Below, one piece after another: positions 11,889 to 25,924 of a DNA stretch of 64,000 nt (position 1 is the first letter of the stretch; the number at the start of each line of letters is the position of its first letter). Where the stretch lies: NCBI GenBank assembly GCA_964016885.1, contig OZ024745.1, forward strand, positions 109,244,001 through 109,308,000, in the 5' to 3' direction. The notes beneath the pieces are model-generated. The model saw only the letters and a list, made by a program, of their open reading frames with translations, did not search any database and was not told where the DNA came from. Position numbers and translations under genes: made by a program. The stretch is from Eledone cirrhosa (Eukaryota).

Positions 11889-12645
11889 AAAAAAAATCTA
11901 TCTGTGAACGCAGAAGTAAATATTTCGATAAACGTTACACACTATATATATATACATATACACACACATAGCTACCTCATAATGTCGTAATGCAGACAGC
12001 CAGGCATACAGACATATATTATAAGGGTGCAACGTTATATCTATGTATCTATCTAAAAAGAGAAAGACTAAGAATTATAGAGAGAGATCGCTAAATCGCC
12101 TAATGCGGTCCCTAGGGCATTGAAAATTTGAAATTTTCTTTGTTCAAAACACTTACAGGACCATAAGTATTACATGTGGAAAGTTTGAAAACAATCGGTT
12201 GGGTGGTTCTCGAGTTTTAGTGATTAGACAGACAGACAGACATTTTCTGTTTTAGCTATATAGATATATTATTTACAATTTGCATGTAGGCAGGTCTCTC
12301 TGGAAATAGGGGTGGGGGTATCGACGGTATTACGTGGTTGTGAGGAGAGCAGTGGCTCAAAAGGTTTGAGAACCTCTGATGCAGTTGAATCCTGTAATTT
12401 TCTGACCAACAGACAATGTTTTAGAGTCAGTCACTACATTATCCACTTTTTTTTAAAACCTAAACAGAAGAGAATGTTCTCGCTTCCATCATGAGCCCCT
12501 TGTGTACAGACATCGGTAAAAATCTGTAGATGTGATTCAAAGGGGATTTGACTCCTATTTTTGGCAAATCAAGTAACCATATAGAGACTACTTTGTTGGA
12601 GCGTTTTTTGAAAACTGTGTATATGTCTATTAATTATTATGTGAA

Positions 12646-13015
12646 AGGGCGGTGGATTGGCAGTATCGGTAGAGGGTCGGACGCCATGCTTTCCAGCATA
12701 GTTACGTCCCTTTACAATCTGAGTTCAAATCCCGCCGAGGTTGACTTTGCCTTTCATCCTTATGGGGTCGATAAAATAAAGTACCAGTAATGCACTGGGT
12801 AATTGCTGGCCTTGTGCCTAAAATAGAAACAATTATGTGAAAGTATCGGTGGAGGGTCGGACGCCATGCTTTCGGGCATAGTTACGTCCCTTTACAATCT
12901 GAGTTCAAATCCCGCCGAGGTTGACTTTGCCTTTCATCCTTACGGGGTCGATAAAATAAAGTACCAGTAATACACTGGGTAATTGCTGGCCTCGTGCCTA
13001 AAATAGAAACAATTA
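12646..13015 (+). mobile_element. Two tandem SINE-A copies
   Basis: 12646-12835 and 12841-13015, near-identical; both preceded and followed by attatgtgaaag. Confidence 0.9.
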
Positions 13016-13508
13016 TGTGAAAGACATGACAATCTTTCTCGTGCTGGTGCTATTATTGCATGGTACATCCTGTAGGATGCAGGAATGAATGTAAGTAAAA
13101 TGAAGTCCTGACCCACCTTAGAGATTGGTGGCTCTAGTTACGTAATATCTTGATCTATTACAACCCATCATCCAGCCCTTGCTACAGGGAAAATAGATGT
13201 TAAATTATTATAATATTGCTACCTTTGTTTTCAGCTTTGAATACAATTCACTTACACTTTCGTTGTAATTGGATATATTGACAATAAAATTGAACATATA
13301 GTTACCAAATCATTTGGTAAATCTCTCATAAGAAATGAAAAAGTAATTATAATTCCTGTTTATTGCTAATATCACAAAATATTTGCTGTAACTTCATCGT
13401 GTAAGAATTAAAAATATTCTGTGTGAAATTCAGAGTACTTTAGTATGACAGCTAATTATGTTGTTTACACATTAGGACAGTAAATTTTTACTTCAACAGA
13501 AGAGCTCT

Positions 13509-13737
13509 TTAACTCTTTAGCATTTAAACTAGCTGTATCCAGCCAGAATTCTCTCACCTCTTTCTGTTCAAACTGGCTGTAACCAGCCACTCATACTAAT
13601 GTTAAGGTATTGTTCTCAAAATAAATAATATCAAAATCTCATAGATTCGATATTATGTGAGATATTTATGTAAGATAAAGCTTTTACCGTGAAAATATAA
13701 TAGTAAATATAAAGTAATGTAAATGCTAACGGGTTAA
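13509..13737 (+). mobile_element. piggyBac-like MITE copy
   Basis: TTAA ends, TIRs, family identity. Confidence 0.85.
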
Positions 13738-14393
13738 ATACCATTCATACACTGAATTAGAGTTTTGAATTATTAAGTGAATGTGTGTGTGTATGTGTGT
13801 GTCAATGTACATGTGTGAATGTGTGCGTGGGTGTGCGTGGGTGTGTGTAGGCACGTGTGTGTGTGGGCTGAATGTTATCAGACCAGAGCCATCTTCTGAA
13901 CACACACATAGGTCGCCAGTTGAAGGACATAAGAGATACTTAGGTAATAGATCACGTTGAGTTATGCTCTTCACGTAATGACTTACAAATAGTTTATACC
14001 TCTTGCAATAATTTAACTCAAGTAGTTTATCTTATGTAATTTCTTGACATTTTACTTAAACTTCTATAATTGCTTTTATAAGACATTTAATACTTTAGCA
14101 AATCCAATTGACTAACAGATGGAACTTTACTATCTAGTTATATATATATTTGCTGATTTAGGGATTGGGATTAGAGACAAGAATATGGTTTGTAACTCTT
14201 ACAATACTCCTCTTGTCAGTAAATAAAATAACAGGAGCTAATGGCGGTGTCTGACATGCTGAAAATAATACCCAAATATTATTTGAAAAAGAATTATTAT
14301 CAGACTAGAAATTTATAAGATAAAGCAGCATATTAGAAGACCTTTGAGGATATATAGAACAGAACAAAAAAAAAAAAAGTCAGTGATGGAGGT

Positions 14394-14606
14394 TTAACCA
14401 TTTAGCATTTACAGTACTCTGTATTTACTATTGTATTTTCATGATAAAGGCTTTATCTCACATAATATCGAACCTACGAGATTGTGATATTTATTTTGAG
14501 AACAATACCTTAACGTCAGTACGAGGGGCTGGTTATGGCTGGTTTGAACAGAAAGAAGTGAGAGAATTCTGGCCAGATATGGCTGGTTTAAATGCCAAAT
14601 GGTTAA
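14394..14606 (-). mobile_element. piggyBac-like MITE copy (inverted)
   Basis: ttaaccatttagcattta...taaatgccaaatggttaa. Confidence 0.8.
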
Positions 14607-15009
14607 AAATGTCAAACACTAAGAGAGCATCACTGGAAAGGTTGCTTTCTCCTAGGCAAGACTAATAAATCCTTTCTGCTCTATTTTGTCTTTGTTCATT
14701 TAATCCAAAAATGATTGAGAAGATGAACAGGAGTGACAGGGAAAACTAGTGTAAGAGAGTGAAAGAAAAAAAAAATCTAAGTTTTATGGAAGAAACAGAG
14801 TGTTATGTGAGGAAGTAATGGAAGAAAAAAAACCAGTGAAAGTCAGCTTTATGATGTGTAATGCAACAGCGTGTGTGTGTCCCCATGAAACATATACATA
14901 TATACCAGGTCCAAACATATAAGAACAAAACTCCCATTATCACTGCCTCCATCTCTCCTGCTCTCCATATCTCACTAATATGAGCAAATGGGGTCCACGT
15001 ACTGGCTGC

Positions 15010-15245
15010 TCAGAAGCTCCGGTCAACAGGATAGTGAAGGGATTTTCCTGGAGGATGGTGAGGAAAATGTGCTGGTAGAGCCATTTTAGCTCACAGTGGG
15101 AGCACCTGCTGGTAGCCAACTCTGTGCCGATGGTGGTGAGTAGAGAGGTGGCCCTAGAGCCAAGGACACCAGAAGTCTCTGCAATTACAATGAAAAGGAG
15201 CACAGAGAAATAACTCAAAAGAGCCATAGGCATGAATTTATTAAC
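15010..15245 (-). pseudogene. CRE-clade (RLE-type) non-LTR retrotransposon C-terminal remnant
   Basis: IAETSGVLGSRATSLLTTIGTELA...ELKWLYQHIFLTILQENPFTIL resembles the AxETxGxxG...WLFQRLSxAxQRGNAxxIL end of CRE-like ORFs; paralog at about 63285-63440. Confidence 0.55.
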
Positions 15246-15339
15246 TATATACAACATCCAGTACACCCACCTAAAATGAGTACTGCAAATTCAACAGTTT
15301 CGGCTACGCTTCATATTTATAGAGATTATCAGAAACTCA

Positions 15340-15680
15340 GAGATGCAAGAGACTCAGGGATAGACCCTGAGCAAGATGTTTGGATAATATATATGAGCTT
15401 GGCTGGTCACACTTGGGGATCCAGCCGGATCAGTTGGAGATGGCTGCTTCTGATAGGGCCTGTTGGAAGGAATGCTTGAGGACTCAGCCCCCAATGACCC
15501 TCCGAAGGAGGAGGAAGAAGAAGAAGAAGAGATGAAAAAGAAAAAGAAGGGAAAAGAAAAAGAGAAAGAAGAGAAGAAAAAGAAGAAGCAAAAGAAAGAG
15601 AAAAGAAGAAGAAGAAGAAGAAAGAGAAGAAAAAGAAGAAGCAAAAGAAGAAGAAGAAGCAAAAGAAGAAGAAGAAGCGA
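15340..15680 (+). mobile_element. RTE-clade LINE 3' fragment followed by a (GAA)n-rich tail
   Basis: DRP*ARCLDNIYELGWSHLGIQPDQLEMAASDRACWKECLRTQPP resembles the GRPRTRW...DRxxW...LPP end of RTE ORFs; GAA tract at 15513-15680. Confidence 0.6.
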
Positions 15681-16329
15681 AAGTTTTACAAAGAAACGTT
15701 TTAAGTTTAAAGTGTAAAGTGTAAATAAGGATGAAATTTCCTCACACTTTATCAATTATCTAGTGTCTACTTTGAACCTGTCTTCACCTTTATGAAACAT
15801 ATTTCACAAACACTAACATTAGAGCATTTCAAGTACATATTCAGTGCCTCGAATCTAAAAGAACATAGAAACAAAAATTTTGCAGTTCTAATTTTTCCTT
15901 TAAATTGAAATATCACATATAAGATGAATAAACAAAATATGCGAAACTTAATCCATAGTTTCCTCATTTATCTAAAGAAATATCATTTATATCTATTAAT
16001 AAATATATCTTACATAAAATTTACTTTGCAAACTAAACATCCGCAGAGCCAGATTGAAATTAAATGTCTTCAGTTTTGCTTTTACTATCTTGACATGTTT
16101 TTTTCTTTTGCTTTCATGAAACTCAAATTTCAACATGTGGGGGGGAAAAATGGAAAATAGAAATCATAAAAAAATCTTTTTTAGAAAAATCTGGTCACTT
16201 CCTTTAAGACAAGTGCAGGATCAGAAATATAGATGTGAAGCCACAGAAATATCCCAAATATTTATGACAACATTAAATAAGAAATAGTACAATATATGCC
16301 CATGTAAGCGTGTGTGTATGTGTGTATAT

Positions 16330-16647
16330 ATTGGAAAATATGTGAGATCCTTGGTACAGTTAGGTATATTTGAAAAAAAGGAAAAGAATGACTTCACTTG
16401 TAGTGTTAAATAATTTGATTTAATTTTATAATATTATAATATTATGAGTTGGTAGATCAGTTTGACAATCACCACTGATGAATGCGAGAAAGTTCTCTAA
16501 CAAAGTTAACCAGGAATCTTTAAAATTCTTCCCACCGAAGTTAACAAAGAACTTACTAGATTACCAACTCATAATATTATAATATTATAAAATTAAATCA
16601 AATTATTTAACACTACAAATGAAGTCATTCTTTTCCTTTTTTTTCAA

Positions 16648-16650
<3 letters not shown>
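16330..16650. mobile_element. Second fold-back copy of the 8541-9420 Penelope-like family (non-coding part only)
   Basis: Homologous to 8541-8645 and 8868-8980; inverted arms about 16365-16455 / 16560-16650; TA-flanked. Confidence 0.7.
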
Positions 16651-16717
<67 letters not shown>

Positions 16718-16864
16718 TTATTTATTTATTAAAATATCAGATTAAAGTTTAAGCAAAGAATCGCTGCTTTACCCAGTTGCATTTTCGATTTCATCTTTTT
16801 TTCTTTATACTTTCACTCGTGCAGGACACCTCGGTTATTTTTCATTTTGTAAAAAAAACCTCAC

Positions 16865-16906
<42 letters not shown>

Positions 16907-17063
16907 GTGAGGTTTTGTCCCACCCTTGCAAGCAGGGAAGAGCGGACGTAAAATGATGATGATGATGATGATGATATATATATATATATATATATTAGTT
17001 TGATTACAAAACAGGAGGTCAGACTGATGAAGTTCCCTTAAAGTTTTATTGTTGCAAAAAGAC

Positions 17064-17130
17064 TATATATATATATATTTCAATGGCCGAGTTATGTAAG
17101 ATCCTAGCAGCATCATCAGGTGTATATTGC
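17064..17130 (-). ncRNA. Partial hammerhead (CUGAUGA...GAAA-UAUAUAUA) running into a TA tract
   Basis: Minus strand ACAC-CUGAUGA-UGCUGCUAG...CUCGGCCAUU-GAAA-UAUAUAUA; 3' strand of stem I absent, stem II weak. Confidence 0.45.
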
Positions 17131-17224
17131 ATAATTAGTTACTCAATTAAGGAATTATGACAAACACAAACAGAAAATATAAGCAGAAAAATAGAGAAAA
17201 TAATTATTCGGAGATGGCCTATAA

Positions 17225-17568
17225 AGTTACGGCCCTTGCCATTCTGAGTTCAAATCCCGCCAAGGTTAACTTTGCCTTTCATCCTTACGGGGTCGATAAA
17301 ATAAAGTACCAGTAATACACTGGGTAATTGCTGGCCTTGTGCCTAACGTAGAAACAATTATTATTTCTGGCAATATAATAATAATTGTTTCTACTTTTGG
17401 CACAAGGTCAGCAATTACCCAATGTATTACTGGTACTTTATTTTATCAACCCCGTAAGGATGAAAGGCAAAGTTAACCTCGGCGGGATTTGAACTCAGAC
17501 CATAAAGGGCCATAGCTCTTTGCTGCAAAGCATGGCATCCGAACCCTCTACCGATACTGCCAATCCAC
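17225..17568. mobile_element. Tail-to-tail inverted pair of SINE-A
   Basis: 17225-17363 (+) and 17380-17568 (-). Confidence 0.85.
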
Positions 17569-18082
17569 TATGACCCTCCTCAAATATAATATATATATAT
17601 ATATATATTCTGGATGGATTTCTACAGTTGGATGCCCTTCCTAACACCAAACTCATTTACAGTGAGTGGTGGGTGCTTTTTTTCCGTGGCATCTACACAA
17701 CCACTTTGCAGTGGGATGAGAGCTGAGTAAACTGGAGCAATGTGAAATAAAGTGTCTTGCTCAAGGAAACAACACATCACCCGGTCCGAGAATTGAACTC
17801 ATAGCCTTTCGATTGGAGGTCCAATGCTCTAACCACTAAGCCATGAGACTTCAAGCCAGAATCAGTTCCTGTATGAGCAAGCCAAGGTCAGCCAACCGGA
17901 CAGTGGTAAATCTCCGGGTAACAGAATCAGGTGATAAGGAGAGAGGTGTAAGAGGAAATGTAGAATGAGACGTATAGGGTGTAGAGAAACGTAGGAAAGA
18001 GTGTAAAACTAATAACATGAGATAGAGTTACCTTGCAAGTGATTTAATTGTCCCTATATTTCGTATATATATATATATATAT

Positions 18083-18582
<500 letters not shown>

Positions 18583-18626
18583 AAGTTAAATAAAAGTCAA
18601 ATGATTAAAATTTAGCTTCGTTTATT

Positions 18627-18681
18627 ACTGCTATATATATTTCAGTGACAGCCATCTTTGGCTGTGACCTCTTCAGGCAGT
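18627..18681 (-). ncRNA. Type I hammerhead ribozyme (family P4, left arm)
   Basis: Reverse complement of 18912-18966. Confidence 0.85.
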
Positions 18682-18911
18682 TTGAATTAGTATGGTATAG
18701 ACAAGTACATATGTTGTTTAGGTGTATGATATTGTCAATACTCTGATATGCCCAGTTCCTTGTTGGGTTGTTAATTCACTGGGGAACTGGAGTCATATGA
18801 CTCCAGTTCCCCAGTGAATTAACAACCCAACAAGGAACTGGGCATATCAGAGTATTGACAATATCATACACCTAAACAACATATGTACTTGTCTATACCA
18901 TACTAATTCAA

Positions 18912-18966
18912 ACTGCCTGAAGAGGTCACAGCCAAAGATGGCTGTCACTGAAATATATATAGCAGT
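18912..18966 (+). ncRNA. Type I hammerhead ribozyme (family P4, right arm)
   Basis: ACUGC-CUGAAGA-GGUcACAGCC(AAAGAU)GGCUGUcACU-GAAA-UAUAUA-UA^GCAGU; canonical core, perfect 5-bp stem I. Confidence 0.88.
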
Positions 18967-19107
18967 AATAAACGAAGCTAAATTTTAATCATTTGACTTT
19001 TATTTAACTTTATTTTACACTACTCCGGAGTAACCAAACCAACCTGCGCACTTCGTCGAGTGCTCCAGCCTGCATACTGAGGTGTTGGTATACAACCAAC
19101 ATAAACT

Positions 19108-19156
<49 letters not shown>

Positions 19157-19159
<3 letters not shown>

Positions 19160-19311
19160 AAGGCGGGTAAAATTCCCGAGATCCATGGACGAGTTCTCTC
19201 CAGCGGTCTCTGTCCCTCATTATCGCTGCCATATCCTGCATCTCCAACAGACCAGTGTCTGTCCTTAGGGCATCAACATATGTTAACCTTGGTCTTCCTC
19301 TTCTAGTGTGT

Positions 19312-19313
<2 letters not shown>
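19157..19313 (-). mobile_element. RTE/RTEX-type LINE extreme 3' fragment in (TA)n
   Basis: GHTRRGRPRLTYVDALRTDTG...MRDRDRWRELV* is a typical RTE-group ORF end. Confidence 0.75.
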
Positions 19314-19361
<48 letters not shown>

Positions 19362-20122
19362 GCGTATGGATATCTACATGTGTAAACATTTTATTTTATT
19401 CTTTAATAATGTTGATAATTAAAGTTTATATGATATTTATGCCTCATATACACACACATATATATATACAATGTATATAATGGGCAATAAACTAAATATA
19501 TCTATAAATAGGAAACTTCTTTCAAATTTCTGGGCTGTTCCCATTGCATTGCTTTACTGATAGCTTGAAATATATATGAAAAAATATCAAATATCCTAAT
19601 GTTCTCTTGTCTTGCTTTGAATTTTGCTTCCTCCCTCTTTGATAAGTTATAAACTACCCAGTCCCTGCTTCCCTATCGTTTCTGTGTATACTGAGATGAC
19701 CATATATTCTGTAAACAAGTTGGAATACTTTACTAATGCAGCCTTTTTTTGCACTCTTAACTTCTTTATGGGTATATGGAAAACATGACTGTGTTTGGGA
19801 ACAATCTTCTTTAGTAATAATCTATTTGTATTTTTTTTTTATTCTTTTATACTTAGTTGAGAGCAGGCATGTTCAACCATGTTTTGGGGCCTTCTCCCAT
19901 CTCATCTTCAGAATGAAGTGGGGGATAGGGGTTCTATCATCACAATGTTAGACATAAGGTAATATAAAGCTCCATAGGCTGAGACAGACATACACCTAAA
20001 CAGATACAGAAAGAAATGTACATGCTCTAACATATTCACACACATACAATAGCCATTTGATCAGAGTATTTTCTATGGTTAAACATAATCTAAACTTGTT
20101 CATATAGTGTTAAATCACCCAC

Positions 20123-20350
20123 TTAACCCTTTAGTATTTAAACCGGCCGATTCCATCCAGAATTCTCTCACCTTTTTCTGTACAAACTGGCTGTAACTGG
20201 CCACTTATACTGATGTTAAGGTATTGTTTTCAAAATAAATAATATCAAAATCTCATAGATTCGATATTATGTGAGATATTATGTAAGATAAAATGTTTAC
20301 CACGAAAATACAATAGTATATATAGAGTAATGTGGATGTTAAAGGGTTAA
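20123..20350 (+). mobile_element. piggyBac-like MITE copy
   Basis: TTAA ends, TIRs, family identity. Confidence 0.85.
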
Positions 20351-21392
20351 GATGGAATAGGTGGTGTAGATGAAGATGACAATAATGATGATATATCATT
20401 CACACCTGCCATTAAGTTAGTGCTGTTGGGTAAAAATCATTTAACTTTCCATTCATTAATATCAGTAAGAAAAGCTGATCTTGGGAAATGATAGAGAAGA
20501 AGAACAATCTCTTTCTTAAATGGAGGCTGTTGTTTCTTTAAGAATGGGTGGAATCTACAGAGAAAATTGGTCAGAAGAATTCCTGTAAATGTTTCTTATA
20601 AACATAACTGGATATTGCAAGAATCTGTTTAATTAAGTGTTGGGAAAGGTTGCAGACCAAAAGAATGTCAGTTTGACTCTGGGTGTTTTTTGGTGGTGGT
20701 GGCGGCGGTGGTGGTGGTGGTAGTGGTGACGGTGGTGGAATTGGTGGCAGTAATCAATGATGGTGGTAGTGGTGATGGTGGTGGTGGTTGATGGAGTGGG
20801 TTTTCTTTTTTTGTGGAAGTGGTTATAATGGTGGCAATTCTTATTGGGTGTGGTGATTGTGGTGCTGGCAGTGGTAATAGAATGTGATGGCAGTAGTTGT
20901 GGTAGTTGTAGCACTAGTGGTGGCATTGGAGGTAAGACAATGTAAAGGTGGCAGTGTTGACATTGGAGGTGGCAGAAAGTTTTAGTGGTGGTGGTGGTGG
21001 TGGTGGGGTTTTGGCAGCAGTAGTGTTGGGTGGTAAATTCTTATCAAAATGCTATGGTTATAAAAAACCAATGACTTCCGAAAGGAACAAAAGAACTGTA
21101 AGCTAGATTGTCAGATGTGTAGCAAGGAAATATTCTTATTTCTTCCATTGTTCTTTGAAGAGAAGGAAAGAGAGAGGGAGGTGGGAGAGAGAGGAACTAA
21201 TTTCTTGGTAGAATGGGGTTGTGGTGGTGGTGGTGGTGGTAGTGGCGAGGAAATTAAAAATATGAAGTAGACTTAAAACCTTTTTGAATGATGATGATGG
21301 AAGGGAAAGGAAGAACTAATAGGATGTGGATTATGATGATGCTGGCTATCACTAATGGTATTACTGCTAGATAATAATAATAATAATAATAA

Positions 21393-22685
21393 TAATTGTT
21401 TCTACTTTTGGCACAAGGCCAGCAATTACCCAGTGTATTACTGGTACTTTATTTTATCGACCCCGTAAGGATGAAAGTCAAAGTCAACCTCGGCGGGATT
21501 TGAACTCAGAATGGCAAGGGCCGTAACTCTATGCGTCAAAGCATGACGTTCGACCCTCTACCGATAATAATAATAATGATTTCTAGTATAGGCACAAGGT
21601 CAGTAATTTTGGGGGAGGGGAAAGTTGATTAAATCGACTCCAGTACATTACTGGTACTTTATTTTATCGACCCCATAAGGTTGATAGGCAAAGTTAACCT
21701 TGGTGGGATTTGAATTCAGAATGTAAAGGGCAGTAACTCTATGCTGCAAAGCATGGTGTCTGATGCTCTACCAATACTGCCAAATAATAATAATAATGGT
21801 TTCTACTATAGGCACAAGGTCAGTAATTTGGGGAGAAGGGAAAGTTGATTAAATTGGCCCCAGTGCAATTAATGGTGCTTTATTTTATCGACCCCGTAAG
21901 GATGAAAGGCAAAGTTAAACTCGGCCGGATTTGAACTCAGAACGCAAAGGGACATAACTCCATGCTACTAAGCACGTTGTCCGACACTCTACCGATTCTG
22001 CCAATCCACCACCCTCTATATAATAATAACAATAATGATAATAAAGGTTTTGGATTTAAACACAAAGCCAACAATTTAGGGAGAGATGATAGTTAATCAT
22101 ATTGAACCAGTACGTTACTGGTATTTTGTTTTATTGACCTCAAGAAAATGAAAGGTAAAATTGACTTTGCCAGGATTTGAATACAGACTATAAAGAGCTG
22201 GAATAAATACCTTAAGGTATTTTCCCAATGTTTTAATCATTCTTCCCATCCAAATAATAATGGTTTTTTACAAAAGCACAAGGTCAGAAATTTAGGGGGA
22301 GGTGAAATTCGATTACATTGACCACAGTACTTGACTGGTACTTTATTTTATTGACATCAAAAGGATGAAAAGTAGGGTTAACCCTAATGGGATTTGAACT
22401 CAGAAAGTAAAGAACTATAATAAAATGAAGCAAAGTATTTTGTTCAATGCTCTAATGATTCTGCTAACCCACAACCTCAATAATTGTCTCTACTTTTAGC
22501 ACAAGACCAACGATTTAATGGGAAGGGGAACCTCGATTAAATTGATCTCAATGCATTACTGGTACTTTATTTTATATACCCTGTAAGGATGAAAAGCAAA
22601 GGTAAGCTTGGCAAGATTTGAACTCAGAATGTAAAGGGATGTAATTATAAGCTTCAAAATATCTTGGCAGACGATCTACCAATAA
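21393..22685 (-). mobile_element. Head-to-tail array of six SINE-A copies of different subfamilies and ages, joined by (AAT)n
   Basis: Tails (ttctac...ggcacaagg) recur at about 21398, 21580, 21800, 22050, 22265 and 22485. Confidence 0.85.
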
Positions 22686-23999
22686 TGTTTATATTTATCA
22701 TAAAATAATGTAAGAACATCTGTTAAATTATGGTACAAATATCAGCTTAATGTTGTGAAAGTTAGTTATATAACTAAATCCCACCAAATTGTTGATTATT
22801 TTTTAAATAATTTGAAAATCACAGACAGTGTCTTTCATTAGAAATGCAGTAGTGAACAGGTTAAACAGTACAATTTAAAATAGCACATATATGTTCATAA
22901 CACCGAATTTGAGAAAAAAATGTTACCAATAAACAACCATTTAATTAGCAATGATGTTACCCAGTAAGTGATTCATACATTTTTTCAAAGCTCATCAGCA
23001 GGCTTGTTGTTATTTTCCTTCTCAAATTTATGCTTATTATATTAATGTGGTGGATTGGCAGCCATACTTTGCAGCACAAAGTTACAACCCTTTATGATCT
23101 GAGTTCAAATACTGCCGAGGTTAACTTTGCCTTTCATCCTTACGGGGTCGATAAAATAAAGCACCAGTAATACACTGGGGTAATTGCTGGTCTTGTACCA
23201 ATATCAATATTGAAATATTAGTTGTTCCAAACCCATGCTAGATGGACGTTAAACGATGATGATGATGATGAATTTATAAATTAGTTCATATGTTTAATAA
23301 AAAAAAAAAAGAAGAAAAGAAAAAGAAACATTTTTCTACCCACAATATCAATAATAATTATTGTTTTTACAATGGCAAAAATGTCACGAATTTGCTGAGG
23401 CAGAGGTGCAGTGAATCAATCAATCTCAGTACATGACCTGTACTCTCAGAGAGGCAAAATTGAGAACTCGGAAGGATTGGGACTCAGAATTTAATTGATG
23501 TATAAAACAAAATATTTTAAAGCTTTTAACATGGAGATGCACTTGGGTGCAGTAGAAGCTTGCATGAAATTACTGAAAAAATAATAATCATAAAAATAGT
23601 AAGGACATCAGCAACATTAATAAGTTCTTTTATATGCCACATTACAATGGATGAAGAGATATTACTATAAGTCCAAATTAGAAAAAATAGTGGGGTATTA
23701 TAGACAATTATGAAAAAAATAGAAAACATTAAAAGAAGACAGAAGAAAAAAAGAAAAATAATTGTTTCTACTTTTGACATAAGGCCAGCAATTTGAAAAG
23801 AAGGGAAATGTCAATTAAATTAGCTATCCTGTAAGGATGAAAAGCAAAGCTAACTACATTGAGATTTGAATGCAGAATGTAAAGGGCCATAACTATACAC
23901 CTTAAATCATGTTGTCTGATTTTCTACTGAGTCTGCATTTAAAATACTTCATTAAAAAAATATGATAAAAATTATATTTATTAATACATGGGGAGAGGG

Positions 24000-24582
24000 C
24001 TCTTATGTAACTGAAAAACAATAATAAGATATCTGCTGTAGGAAACACAAATATCTAGTAAAAAGTAGATGACTAATACACATAGCTACATAATATAAAC
24101 TAAAAAAAATTTTTTTTGCCTTCAAGAAAGTCAACAAATATAAAACAGTGGGTGAAGTCAAAAACAATTGTAACAATGAGAAACATCATCAGAAATTGTA
24201 TAAGAAAAAAAGTAAAAAAACAACAAAAACAACAAGGTTAAAATGGGCCTTCAGAATGTCATACAAAAACAGACATTATGGTCAATATCTGACAATGTGA
24301 ACAAGAAGGACATAGACAAAGAAAAGTGACAATACTAGCTGAAAAGAGGACTCAAAGCTGAGACTAAAGAATCTTTGACTGTTGCACTAAATCAAAACCT
24401 TCTTACTACAAACTACCTAAAATATATAATGAAGTAGAATACATTAGCTGCATAATATACAGAGGTGTGAGAACAAACAACTAAAATACATTGTCTCTAG
24501 CTACCCAGTCTTAACCAAGAGAGATTTTTATTATAAGACAGGCATGAGAGTTAGAGTTTTAATACACTGGAAATTATGCCAG

Positions 24583-24613
<31 letters not shown>

Positions 24614-25310
24614 TTTACGTCCACTTTTCCCTGCTTGCAAGGGTGGAACGGGAACTGATTCTGGCTTGATTTCTACAGCTGGATGCCCTTCCTAACACCA
24701 ACCTCATTTACAGTGAGTGCTGGGTGCTTTTTTGCCGTGGCACCTCCACGACTACTTTGCAGTGGAATGATAGGAACCCCAGTCCTATCATCTTATTTCT
24801 ACAGCTGAGTAAACTGGAGCAATGTGAAATAAAGTGTCTTGCTCAAGGAAACAACACATCACCCGGTCTGAGAATTGAACTCACAACCTTTCGATTGCAA
24901 GGCTAATGCTCTAACCACTAAGCCATGTGCCTCGGTGTTATGAAATACAAATTGAAAATAGTATAAATATACACAGGAAAAATATCTCAGAAAATGAGAA
25001 AGCATCCATACTTTGGGATATGCCATTCAAACTGACAATGAGACAAAGATCTATCAACTTATTGTTAAAGATCACCAGGAAAGGAAGTGACCCCTAATCA
25101 AAGTATCAGTCCCCAAAGCAACAATATATCTTTAAAGAAAACATGAAAAAGGATTACAATATAAAGATCTGGAAATAGAGACACTCAGAATACGAGAACT
25201 GAAAACAGAAAGAATTTCTATAATAATAGGTGTCTTAGATATTGAAAAACATGTAGACAAATACATATAAAAAAACCTTTGGACTTAGAAATATGCACAT
25301 AGTACAGGTA
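24000..25310 (+). pseudogene. Decayed R4/Dong-clade (RLE) LINE C-terminal region, split by a SINE-B
   Basis: Frameshifted motifs in the expected order: GQY, GLKAETK, RH...IHWKLCQC, ENEKASILWDMP, YKDLEIE, IIIGVL. SINE at 24587-24933 is flanked by GTGTT. Confidence 0.7.
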
Positions 25311-25924
25311 ATTTCGCCATCATCATTATTGTTTAACATTCATTTTCTACGCTAGCATGGGTTAGACAGGTTGTCCCATTAGAAACAAGTTGGGTCAGGT
25401 GACCATGTCTTGTTCATAGAGGACTGTTTCTGGCTAGATTTCTACAGCTGGATGCCCTTGCTAATACCAACCACATTTACAGTGTGGGCAGGGTGCCTTT
25501 TTTTCATGACCCCCTACACAACCACTTTACAGTATGTGCTAGGTGCTTTTTGTCATGAGTCCTACACAACCACTTTACAGTGTTGGCCGAGTGATCTTGG
25601 TCATGACTACATATTAAATAAATTACTCACAATACAATAGAAAATACAGAAGCAAAACAATACACTAAGAACTGTGTTTGGTAGTGCTGTGGAAGCATAC
25701 AACAAAAATTATACTGAATAAAAGCAACAACAAACAACAGCAATTTAAAATTGAAGGAATTACATTGAATTAGCTGTTGAATTACAAACATTATGACAGT
25801 TAAGGAATGTATCAAACATCCCATTCGAAATTGACATACCTGGGAAGATACAATCATTTCTGTAAAGATATTGACAGATTACCTGTAAAGATAGACCTAG
25901 TCTTGTTTCAGTAAACACCAACAT

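Larger units (their letters stand above)
11306..12264 (-). mobile_element. Probable non-autonomous Helitron carrying nested P3 and SINE-B pieces
   Basis: Minus strand starts A|TCTATATA (12264) followed by (CTGT)n, and ends with hairpin CCCGAGCAACGCCGGG, 8 nt, then CTAG|T (11306). That both ends belong to one element is inferred. Confidence 0.6.

Noticed and set aside
15463-15717. Lys/Arg/Glu-rich 84-aa ORF and its antisense Leu/Phe ORF
   Set aside because: (GAA)n tail of an RTE fragment.
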